Assembly: GCF_009914755.1 (NCBI RefSeq)
Contig: NC_060926.1
Source of the DNA: the human T2T-CHM13v2.0 reference genome, Homo sapiens
Direction: 5' to 3' (one strand)
DNA: 64,000 bases
The position numbers and the translations under genes are program-made. Under the pieces are notes generated by a model. The model made no database searches and was not told the origin of the DNA. It saw nothing but the letters and a program-made list of their open reading frames with translations. Within the stretch, counting starts at the first letter, position 1; every line of letters begins with the position of its first letter. Below, piece after piece: positions 23,421-36,700 of this stretch.

Positions 23421-26400
23421 TTACTGCCTTCAGAAAAGCAGGGGAAAAGTGAGTAAAAATGATGTGTGATAAATCTCTTCTACTTTAACCATGTACTACT
23501 TATTTTTATTCCAGTGTTCTGGACAATTAAATTTATATGGAAAAAACATTTCCTACACCAGCACGTTGCACACTGAAACCCAGCTAGCACATCAGTTTCC
23601 AACTCCAGCTGCCCCATCCCGCACCTGAATGATGAGCTGGGCCCTCAGCGCTGATTCTAGCCTGGTACACAGGAGATGCTCTCGATGTTCCCTCAAATGG
23701 AACACTCATTGCTACTGTTTTTCTGGCTGCAGCTCAAAATCCTCCATTTTGACAGCAATGTGTTGGCTATTACGGACTAATTAAAGTCACTTTTGAATAA
23801 TTACATAATAAATAACACACATTTAAATGTAGAACAAAATTATTTTCTAATCAAGCTCTAAAAATATGACCCAGCAAGACAGTCCTTGAAATGATTGTGA
23901 TGACTTATTTAATGAAAAGGTGCACCTTGTTCAATATACATATCTTTATTCCTAATGTGTTTAATGGTATCAATTGAATAGAAATCCCTTGACCTTTTCT
24001 CAAAATAGCACACTGAAAAACCACTGAAAATTGCATGGTAATTGCAACAAATTTAGCTTAATAGTAATACATGTAAAGAATATGACATGAAATTATTTAA
24101 ATGAACTTTTGAAAAATCGATTCTATATTTGTGAGGTGCCTGAATTTTAGAGGAAAAACCTTCTGTGTTCCAAGAAACTATAAGCCCACCTTTTCTAAAC
24201 TAGAGAATACACCAGCTCTCTCATATTACATGACATAACTTAATCTCTCTGAATCTCTTTAGCTATGAAAATGCTTCATAGTTTCATAAAATAATGAGAT
24301 AGAATAATGTTTGTAAAGGACTAAGAACAATGATGGAGCGCAGAATAAATCTTCACCAAATACTAGTTATTATTGCTATTTATCATTGCTTATGTAATCT
24401 GAACCTTGATCAACATGATTCCTCTGATAGGCAATCAACAGTTGTCTTTTGAGTGGTTGTACTGATGACCTCACCTCCTGTGTTCCAGCTAAAGAGATGC
24501 CACAAAAATGGGTGATCCTTTTCTTCCCCCAATGACTAATGAGATATTTTATTATTCAATGGAACTCTTCTTTTCCTAGTTTTACAAAAGTTTAATTGAT
24601 TTGAGAGTGGCCTAATATCCCATTAGCTATCCATCCCCTAACCACTCACAGAGAATTGACGTATTATTCTTAGCACTGTAAATCTAACAGGAAATTGTCC
24701 TTCCTAAACAGGGCTCCAGAAAACAGGAGGCAGGTCTGGTTCCCTTTGTAACAAATGATAAATTAGAGTTATTTATTAGGGAGCTACTACAGCAAAGAGG
24801 GTCTTTATCTTCATTTAGGATCTTGAATATCAACATAAAACTCACCTTTTTAAAACTTCTTCAGGAGTTTTCAGAAAGGGTTCTATTTGGAAGAGGGCCC
24901 CCAAACTAAGAGATACTGACATGATTAAAGACCTTCTTGGAACTTAAGTGGTTTTGCAGTGTTGCCATTTTGTCAATTTACTAAGTGGATCTAAAATGTA
25001 AAATTTCAAAGACATTTTATAAAAACTTATATTTGTGTGAAAAACAAAGTCTTGGAAAATATGTGCGTGTGTGTATAAAAATAACAAATACTAATAACAG
25101 GAAACACTCATATAGCACTTATTTTGAGCAAAACATTTTTTCTATAACATACTTTTCATATATTAACTCCAGCAATCACATAGCAATAACTATGCTGGAG
25201 CAATAACTCCAGCAATCACAATTTTTTTCTCTAGGCTGAGAAAAATCACGGAAGCTGTAAACGTTTTTTGAGAAAAATTATGAAAAAAATGTTATCTATC
25301 TCTCATGTGTCTACGCTTCTTAAACTGGGCACTTTAGGACAACACTGGCCTGTAACATTGTTACCAATAGCTGGTTCAGGTTTCTACCTGTTCACTAAGA
25401 GCTGGGGTTCAATTAGCCCTCCTCCATCACATAGCCAACATTTTGTATTCTGAAGCCATCCTTTTGTATTCTGAAACTGATCATATCAATGTGAAGTTAT
25501 CATCCAGTGCTAACTGTGCAGGACAGTGTGGCTAAAATCAAGTATAATTGAGTTCCATGTGTTCCCACCCAGGATGTTGACCCTGATCTAGTTTTAACAT
25601 GCACAGTTCCCATCAGGAGGCCTGAGTGGTTTCATCAGTTGCCCACCAATTTTCAGCCAGGAAAAGTAACAGCATTATGTAAAAGGGAAAATAGCTTGGA
25701 ATATTCTTTTTGTATAACTGAATTGGGGGAAAAAGCCACCATTTATGTTCTACATTATGCCAGACATTGCAATAAATGTCTTCAATATATTAATTAATAT
25801 AGAACTGAAGGTATAAACTTTCTATTTTTGCTCCCAGAGCTTAGCAGAGCAGTAGGTATATAGTGACACTCAATACCTGATCAATGTTGAAGCTGATAAC
25901 CCACCAAATATATAACTTCCCTGTTCATTAAGAGTTCTGAATGGAACCACAGGTAATTCCAATTTATCAAACATTTGATAAAAGGAATAATTTACTAGTA
26001 CTCAAGATGATGCTAGATTTTTCCTGTTTCTTCCATTAACAGCTTTAGGAAGGTACCTAAATAAGGAACATAGGACATTTTCAGAGAAAAAGCCATTTTT
26101 TGAAGGTGGGGGAGGGTCAGAGTGATTAGAAAACTCATGAGTAAATACTTAGGGAGAGTGAGGTACTCAGAAGATTTGGGCAACGCATCTATAAAGGTAA
26201 TGGTGCATCTCCTTACAAAGATTTGCTCTCACTTGCCCAAGGACTAGCAAATGTGCATAGAAGATACATCTGTTTCAGAATATTTACCTCAATATGTTAG
26301 TTTTATAAAAAGCCAGTATCCCAAAATATAGCCTAATATGTGAAATAATTTTTATTTAAGTATTTCTAACATCTAATAGCAGCAGCTAGAATTATCCAAT

Positions 26401-28590
26401 GTCTAATAACAGCAGCAGCTACAATTATTGTTATATTATTTTATGTTTGCATTCAAGATGGATTGCAAGCAGGAAAAAGAAATTTAAGAAAACCAGTACA
26501 TTAGGAAACAATGACCTGCAGGAGGGGCAGCCCATGATGAAACATTATTCAGACTTAAACAGGATTCAAAACAAAAACAAACAGAAAAACACAACCCATA
26601 TTCCAAGAAAAAAGTTGGAAAATAGGAAAACATCATATAAACTAAGAATTTCATTAGAAGCTATCACATAAATAAAACCAATTTCTGCCCAAAGAGCCAC
26701 CTTCATATGAAGCATTAAAGACAGGCTTGAGAAAAAAAGTAATAGGGAGGTGGACAGAAAAAGCTAATGTAGAAAGAGATTTAACATCAGAAATCGAAAG
26801 TGAAACAATTTATGGCATATATTATCAAGACCGGGGGAGATAAGATCACAGGACAGGTTTACAGTGAATGATCCCATTAACACAAAATAATCTGAAGTTC
26901 TTGTTTTAACAGGAATTGATGAATTGAAAACTGAAGAGTGAGGAGGGACAAACTGAAAGAGAGGAGAAAAAGTTAAACTAGGCTTGGTACAAGAGTGTTA
27001 AAGTAGCTGTCGTTAGATAGAATCAGTAGCTGGTGTGTTTTGTATTTTGGGTAACAGACTTTGGTGCAGTAGAACAGAACTAAAATTGACAGAACAAGTC
27101 CATGCAGGCAGCAAGAAAAACAGGGTTCCTGCTTCATGGAATTTACCTTGTGGGGAGATTCAAGCTATACATTAATGAATGAAAAACAAATACGTAAACA
27201 TGATTGTTTCAGATAGTGATAGTGTGGTAAAGAAAACAAAGGTAGAAAGATTCCCTGGAGTATGGCAATTAATAAGCTGCTACTCACTTTTCATTGTGCT
27301 ATGATATTTAACAAAGCAGACAAAAATCGGGTGAACAAGCAGAAGACGATGGCAAAAGGGTTACCCCATCCGCCTTTTCTCTCCTCTCCTCTACCTTCTT
27401 CCTCCACCATCTTGTTCTTAGGTCTAGTGTCACCAGAGCAAAAGACAGACAGTAAACTAGTCCATAAGGAATGGTTAATCAGACCTATAAGCAATGGCTC
27501 GAAGAACTGGATCATTCAGCTGAGCTCACGAAGAAAAAGTGACAATTTTAAGTGCAATTAGTTACTGTGATTCACTAGGTACTCAAGGTAAGGATTCTGC
27601 AACAAGAGTATGATAGCCTATACTTAGACAGTAAAAGAGGGATTCAGCAAGTCCTGTAATTAGTAAGAACTTCAACAGTTTTCATCGCTGTATTAATACT
27701 GTGTAAAATACTGAAAAATGGATTACCCTGAAGAAAACACTAATTGAGAAAACAAAATCAACTATAAATAACACACACCCCAATATACAAAGACCAGACT
27801 TTGTTACATGGATAACTCATGCTAGAGGATGTCAGAGAAGATGAGATAGAAAAAAGAATGTCCTGGTGCAAAAGATTAACACCAGGAAGGTTGGGCATGT
27901 GAGCGTAGAAGAAATGGGGAAGGGAAATTTGAGGGTGGGAAAATGCAGAGATGGGACTGATATAATGACAGAAAAGCAATAGCAATGACTTTTTTTGTTG
28001 TTGTTGTTGCTAACTAACAGATTAAGCATACCAATGAAAACCAAGGCAAGATCTTAGTAAAGGGGCCTAGGATAGTGCCATGATGTGACTTTATCTGTCA
28101 CGACAACCAAGAGGGAATGATTGCAGAGGCCAATGAGCTGGGAGAATGGAATGGATGATCGTGACAGAGCTGATCATTGTGAATGATAGATGTTTCTGGG
28201 AGCTGAGAGTCCTGACTGGCACTGTGGAGCCAAGAGGAAAGAGGACCAGAGCATACCCAGCCTGGTCTCCCACGCCCTGTCCTGTTGCGAGGTGACTGCC
28301 GAGCTCTTCCCCCTCCCTGGCACTCAGCAGCTGCTCTCTAAGCGCTACAGTCAGTGGTTACAATCAGTGGGGGAAGTGATATTCAAATATTCAAAACGAG
28401 ATGCACGACATACATCCCGATTTGCTCTAAAGAGCGGATTTACTCTAAAATGGTATTCTTCACAAGAATGCAAATTCATTACTTTCTTGTGACATGAAAT
28501 TCTCCTGGGATTCTAGGTGATGTCAATAGACACCACTAGCAGATAGTGGTTAGTCCATATCCACCTCACTCATTTTGTTAATGCAAACAA

Positions 28591-28909
28591 TATTATTATT
28601 ATTATTATTATTATTTTATTATTATTTTGAGACAAAATCCCACTCTGTCACCCAGGCTGAAGTGCAGTGGCGTGATCTTGGCTGACTGCAACCTCTGCCT
28701 CCAAGATTCAAGTGATTCTCCTGCCTCAGCCTCCTGAGTAGCTGGGATTACAGGTGCACAGCACCACACCTGGCTGATTTTTCTATTTTTGGCAGGGACA
28801 GGGTTTTGGCATGTTGGCCAGGGTGGTCTCAAACTCCTGACCGCAAGTGATCTGCCTGACTCAGGTTCCCAAAGTGCTGGAATTACAGGCGTGAGCCACT
28901 ATGACCAGC
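28591..28909 (-). mobile_element. AluS element with (TAT)n tail
   Basis: Full dimer; the tail has degenerated to an ATT repeat. Confidence 0.92.
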
Positions 28910-29704
28910 AAAGAACATTATTGAATTTAAATACTGCTTTACCAAAAACCAAACCAAAACAAAACAAAACTAATGGAAATGAGCCTAACACTTGAAGTTA
29001 TGAATATTTGGAATCAAATCTAGGCTATGAATTCATTCATTTTTCAGGGGTCTACAGCCACCACTTAATGGTATAAGGGCTGTATGGTAACAGTATTTAC
29101 GTTAGTCACATCAGAAGATGCAAACATATCATAAAGAAGTAAAATGTTTCAGCTTGAATTTTAGGGAAACATGGCAAGACTCAAATATTTCTCTATTAAA
29201 GATATCAACGAGTCTACCTGCTGTTTGTTTTACTACTGCTATAATACTCTCACTTCCGAAATTCAGAAATATATCACTTAAGGTAATTTGCTGGCAGAGT
29301 GAGTGGTGGGGACTTTTTGTCAGTAGAAAGGTCAAATAATTTTGCACAATGTGCTGCAAATTTTTAGCTTTATAATTTTACTATAAGTGACCCAAGGGAA
29401 AGCTCATTATATTGTTACACACAAAAATTATGTTGTGAGCTAATGGAAAGTGAACAGTAAGGTAGAAGCCCTGTGTGCTATACCCACTGCTTTTTCTGAA
29501 ATACATAATCTTGGCATGTTTTGTTTTTAATTTTTTCAATAAATGTGGAAAAATTTATGTAAAAAATAAGAGTCCTCATCTCACAATCAACGATGGTATA
29601 GGAGGGTAGCCTTCTATACATGAATATAAGGCCCTTCTAAGGAATATAACATGCAACAAAGATTTACAGTAAAGCCAAGGAAGTAAGAAAAAAAGTTGAC
29701 TAAC

Positions 29705-29792
29705 CTAACCCACCTGAGCTCGGCTCACAGGGGTCAATGTCCTCATCATCGCTGGGACACTCTGCTGAGGCCACAAGGATGTCATCTGTGGT
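29705..29792 (-). CDS. NRXN1: Neurexin-1 penultimate exon [26 protein letters not shown](GGL): heparan-sulfate serine, Cys-loop and splice site 5
   Basis: Acceptor attcttttgcAG|ACC (phase 0). Tandem donors TCAG|GTGGGT (exon end 29714) and TTAG|GTTAGT (exon end 29705), both phase 1 and in frame with the last exon. The peptide is the known neurexin-1 stalk/Cys-loop. Confidence 0.98.
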
Positions 29793-31258
29793 CTGCAAAA
29801 GAATCACATTCAGTAGATTAATTTAAAGGGTCCTAACAGATTCTCTCATCTTTGTCTCATTGACAAGTGAAATACAATTTGTTTATCAAGAAACCAAATT
29901 CACTATTTCCCTTTCTAAAGACACAGAGCTTACATTTTAGATCCTTCATAGAAGTAACTGCCTATTTGTGAAAACTTGATTACACTTTAGTTTACATGAG
30001 GACGCAGAAATGGTGACAGCCAACTTGTAGATACCCATCCACTCAAATGCAGATAGAAGCTGCACACAGTATCATACAGAGGTTTAAAACAACCTGGCAG
30101 AAACAGATGATTTGAAATTTATTACAGCCTGGAGTGCTACAATGTATGCATCAGTGGGCTTTATGTAGTACTTGTGCTTGGCTTCCTAAAAGCAGAAAAG
30201 CCATAACCTTTTACACTCACGACTATGTAGAGTTTGATGAATCTTTGAGATATAGCTTGTTATTGGAGGAAACACAGATTAAGTAGAGAATTAGATAGCT
30301 CTTTCATTGGTGCAAAAAGGCAAGGAAATACAATCCATTTAAGACACTTTCATTTTCATTATGATTTCACACTTGAAGCTCATTTTTGTAATGTTCAGAT
30401 AGCAGGTATTGCTTCCTCATCATCCCTTTCATCATTATGGTTTCATAATAAATGAAAAGTGTATTCAAAGTGGGGGAGGGGAAGAGGTGGCAGTTTTCTC
30501 TGTGACATTCTAGTTGCTTCATTGCGCTTACAGCAAAAAAGATACCTATCTCTGTAATAAAAAGCAGAGTCCATAAATCCTAGCAGTTAGTCACATAATC
30601 AACACACTGATAAGCACGAAAAGTTGTTCTTTATTGCCACTGACAAGCTGCAGTAAATTCAGCATAGATATTGCATGGAATCTGTAAAGGCTTCCATCAG
30701 AGTTGGCTCTGCTAAGGTAAAACAGAGAATCCAATGTATACAAATAAATAAAAATATCTCATTACATCTACTAAGGACTAAAGAGATTAGAATTGTTCAA
30801 ACAATTCTCAGAATTGCAACATTGATACAGTTCTCATTTAAAAGTGGAATTAAAATAACATAGGTCTTACTTCAAAGAAAAAGCAAAAATACGATATGAG
30901 CACCTAATATTAAAGGAGCACCTAATATTGTCACAGATTAAAGTATAACTAAATTTTTAAGAAAGTTGTGGCATTTTGAAAAATGGAGACGAGGGGTGAT
31001 GAACTTTTATAGAAAGTATTAGGCTTAAAAATCTTTCAAGTGCAGAGTCTTTAAGAACAAAGAATTTGTTCAGATGCGAATGCTTTACAATATAACTTTA
31101 AATAAACACAAACCTTTAAATAGCATTGGAGATGGTTTCATGTTACTCTGCTCTTACTTCTTCTGAGACAATTGGGAGAGTTTCTGGATTCATGCATTTT
31201 GCTGCTGCTATTTTAGAAAGGGAAGGTGAAAATATTGGTTTGCCTGGAAGTGTAAGTC

Positions 31259-32898
<1,640 letters not shown>

Positions 32899-33317
32899 AT
32901 GTAACTCTTAATGTCAGTGAAGATCGTTAGCAATTGGCACGATAATCATGTAGGTATCTTTTTAAAAAGAAAGCTTTAAAAGCAAAGACCCATTCTCCTT
33001 TTGGCACAACTACATCTTGCTGGGTAATATACAAACAGACTTGATAATGACGTGTTATTGAATTATGTAGTCTTGCCGGTCAGTTGCTCCAATTCCCTCC
33101 AGAGGAGATAATCAGCTTTTTGTTTTTTTCCCCCCGGACCAACATCTAGCGGAAAGCTACTTTTATTCTCAATTTCAAATTAATTTCAAGGTTACAGATA
33201 ATTTCTCATTTTCTTTGAGGAATGTTAAATATATTGATGAAATCAATATAGTGTTGTTCCTATTGGTGTTTTATTCTTGTTAGAGGGAGGAGGATATAAA
33301 TAAATTCTTTAAACCAA

Positions 33318-33751
33318 TGGCTCTCACATCAGCAGTGATATTGCCACCTTTTCCTTCCTCCACCTGGAGGCACGTTTGGTAATATGTGGAAATATTTGAG
33401 GTCACAATTGGAATTCTGAGGTCTGCTACTATCATTGTCTCTTTTTGACTGCTAAACATTCTTTTCTTTCCTCTTCCTCTCTTCTCCTTCTCCTTTTTTC
33501 TTTCTTTTTTTTTTCTTTTTTTTTTTTTTTTTGTAGAGATAAGGTTCCAGCTCAGTCTCACTGTGTTACCCAGGCTGATCTAGAACTCTTGGCCTCAAGC
33601 AATACTCCTACCTGAGCCTCCCGAAGTGCTGGGATTACAGGAATGAGCTACCACACAATGCCTAAATATTATAAAATACACATGACAGCTTGAAGACAAC
33701 AAAGAATGATCTAACCTGAAATGTTAATAATGCCAAAGTTGAGAACCCCTG
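33318..33751 (+). mobile_element. MER20 interrupted by an antisense Alu monomer (FLAM-like, about 33461-33661)
   Basis: MER20 halves (...ctgctaaacatt | ...acaacaaagaatgatct...aaatgttaataatgccaaagttgagaacccctg) flank a CT/T-tailed Alu monomer, with ctaaa(c/t)att duplicated. Confidence 0.7.
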
Positions 33752-36700
33752 CTCAAAGCATTTAAAAACAGTTCTGTCTTATTGTTCTCCTAAAAATATG
33801 GACAGCATAATAGTATCTATTGTTACAAGGATGAAATTAGTACATGAAAAGTACCTAGAAGGGGACAACACTGTAAATGTTTATTAAAACTTTCAATATT
33901 ATTATCAACTTTTTTCAATATTTCATGAATGTAATACCAATTTAATTTTTGCACTATAATTACAAATAATATAATTATAGATATTAAACCGAAACTTGTA
34001 CATATGAATTATTCTTGAGGTCTCATGTTAAAATTTGTATCAAAATACAGTAGCTACATTGGTATTTTGTTGAACTAAGTACCATCTTTTACTGTCCAAC
34101 TTTGACCTTTTAAAAGGCAAACATCAAATATAAACTTAAAAAACTGCTTCTTAAAAAAATTCATGGGCTACAACTGTGTGACTCAGTGGGTAGTGTTTCA
34201 TGCAGACTAAATTATTTACGCAATACAAGTTAAGCTTTGTTTTAAAAGCTGACCTATTTTCTTTTGGAACAATTCTACACTAACCAGAACGTGTGAGAAT
34301 GTTCTCAGTGTTACCTTCTGCAAAACACAATTCCTAAAATAACAAAAGATGTCATACAATGGTACTTCCTATAGCCCTCTTACAGTAGAAAAAAATAACT
34401 ACAAATGCGACCCTTTTGTAAAACTATATTTTACTTTTTAATGTAATTTCCCTGGTATAATGAAATACGTTCTTGATTTTCATATATGTTTTTCCTCCAG
34501 AAATTAAAAACCAGCAACAATCTTGAGAATAAAAGACCTCAAATCAATAGATGGCTTGGCAAAAATCATCATCGCAGTATGAAAAATCAGGAAGTGGCTC
34601 AAGTGTAGGGGAAGAAAATCAAATTTCACTTTAGAAGCTGAATTAACTGCACAATTTTCTAGCCAAAGCTGTGTAATTTAAATTTAATTCACTGTGTTTG
34701 GAGCTGCTGCTATGACTTGCTGTTGAGAGAGTGGTAGAAAGAAACTCAAATATGTCACATTAATCAATTCTATTCTTTAGTATACTTTTCCCTGATGTTT
34801 ATAACCTTTTTGAGAAAAGAGACAACCTGCTGAAAAAGACAGAAGCGTGATCAAGCAGAAGCATTAGCTTTACATAACAGTCCATTTAGATGAGTGTCTC
34901 TAACTGTGCATTTAACCACCCACAGGTGAAATTGCTATGCTGATCTTCCTTAATTCAGACTGGTCTGTACATGCACATCGTAAGCATCTCTTCTTGTTGA
35001 AAATGTGCACTAAAATCTAAGTCTCTATACTTTTAGGAAGAAAATGATTTGAACAGAATTCAAGAAATAAAGGCTCTAAAACTTAATCCATCCTTTTCTA
35101 TATTTGAACACCAATATTTTGTAGGGTTTGAGAAATATGTCAGGACGGGGGCAAAAGAATGTTCTTAATGAATGGTAAGAAGGTAGACCAAGTGATTTAA
35201 TACCCAGGGATATTAAAAAGAGGGAGCATTTGGTTGGGTGGAATTTAGAGAAACACAGATGTATGTTTGTTATTTTTTCTCACTTATAGGAAGCCTTTTA
35301 TTTTTCAACATCATTAATGGTGGATTTTTCTGTATATGCATTTGCTGTCACTTTAAAAAATATAGCTTAACTGCATATCTGTGTGGTAAAAATATACAAG
35401 GAAAGCACGAATAAACCCAGTATGTAATATTATATCCCTGCTAAGAATAACATTCCAAGACTTTATTCCTTATGATAAACAGCTTTCCTGAAGACTAATA
35501 TATTCCAATGAAGACGCTTACAGAAAACTATACTATTAAGACAAATCTGTTTTGTAAGGAAAAGAGCAATTTCCAATTGTAAAATAGGATATTCATTGTC
35601 AGTATATGATACCCACAAATAAACCCGATTTATTCTAAAATTTTAATTGAAAGTTTATTTCTAAACAGCAACAGTGTATCCTGCTATACCTCTAAATACG
35701 AAGCCAAAAGAATTGTCTCAGACAATGACATGAGCATTGTATAACATTATTTAGCCTAATATTTAACTGTTGTGACTGATATTTAGACTGAATTGATAGC
35801 AACAGTTAGTGGGTCGAGGACAGTGCTAGCTGAAATATGATATCTTTGGTTAACTGATGGGCACTTGTTCTTGCTGATACTTTTCTGTATGCAAAGCTGC
35901 TTTGGAAGAGAGAGCGCTCTCAAGTGTGGTTTTCATGAATGAATCTAATAGTTTCTCCAGAAAATATTTATCACTAGGTGAGGTTCCTTGAAAAAAAAAA
36001 ATTTTAACAGGATTCAGGATTAGTATCACAAATTCCCAAGTAAGGTCCAACCCAGTGTCCTGATAACCTATGGAGCAAGAAGTTTCTAGGAGGTAAGGGA
36101 AGTCATAATTCTCACCAGAAGGAAAAACTGCAGAAAATAATCCACTTGTAATGTGTATATAGGTATATGATTCCCAAATTGCGGTCTATTTGATTAAAGC
36201 AAATCAGTAAAGAAATAGATCAAATTGGCAATTTCAGTTAATGAACAATCCTATTAAGGTGCAAGAGGAATTTAGAGGCTGCCTAGATCTTATTCTTGTT
36301 TCCACTGTCTCAATGAAGTTGCCTCAATTGACATAAAGATGTCAATTTCATGGCTCACTATTTAATAAACATAAAAATAATAAGCTGAGATCCAGTATGT
36401 GGAGGATGAATTTTACCTCCAGCACATGAATAAGAAAGACAGTGAGGCCCAATTACTCAACAATGAATACAAAGCACCTCATCTATGCGTAGCATTTTCT
36501 GATAGGCATAAAATATTCTCAGTACACATGAAGGTATAAATTGTGGTTCCGATATGCAAATAATTTACTGTTCTCTCTCTGTTCTGAGGCAAATGAACAA
36601 ATAACTCTTTAATACAAATAACAATGAAGTAAATTCAAATAGCTTATTTTTCTCGGAATGTAACAATGTTCCCATATCCATTACTTCATTTACAATTCAC

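Noticed and set aside
35850-36050. Possible cryptic exon after a poly-T acceptor (tttttcaag|G) with an open frame
   Set aside because: No credible donor downstream and no other support.
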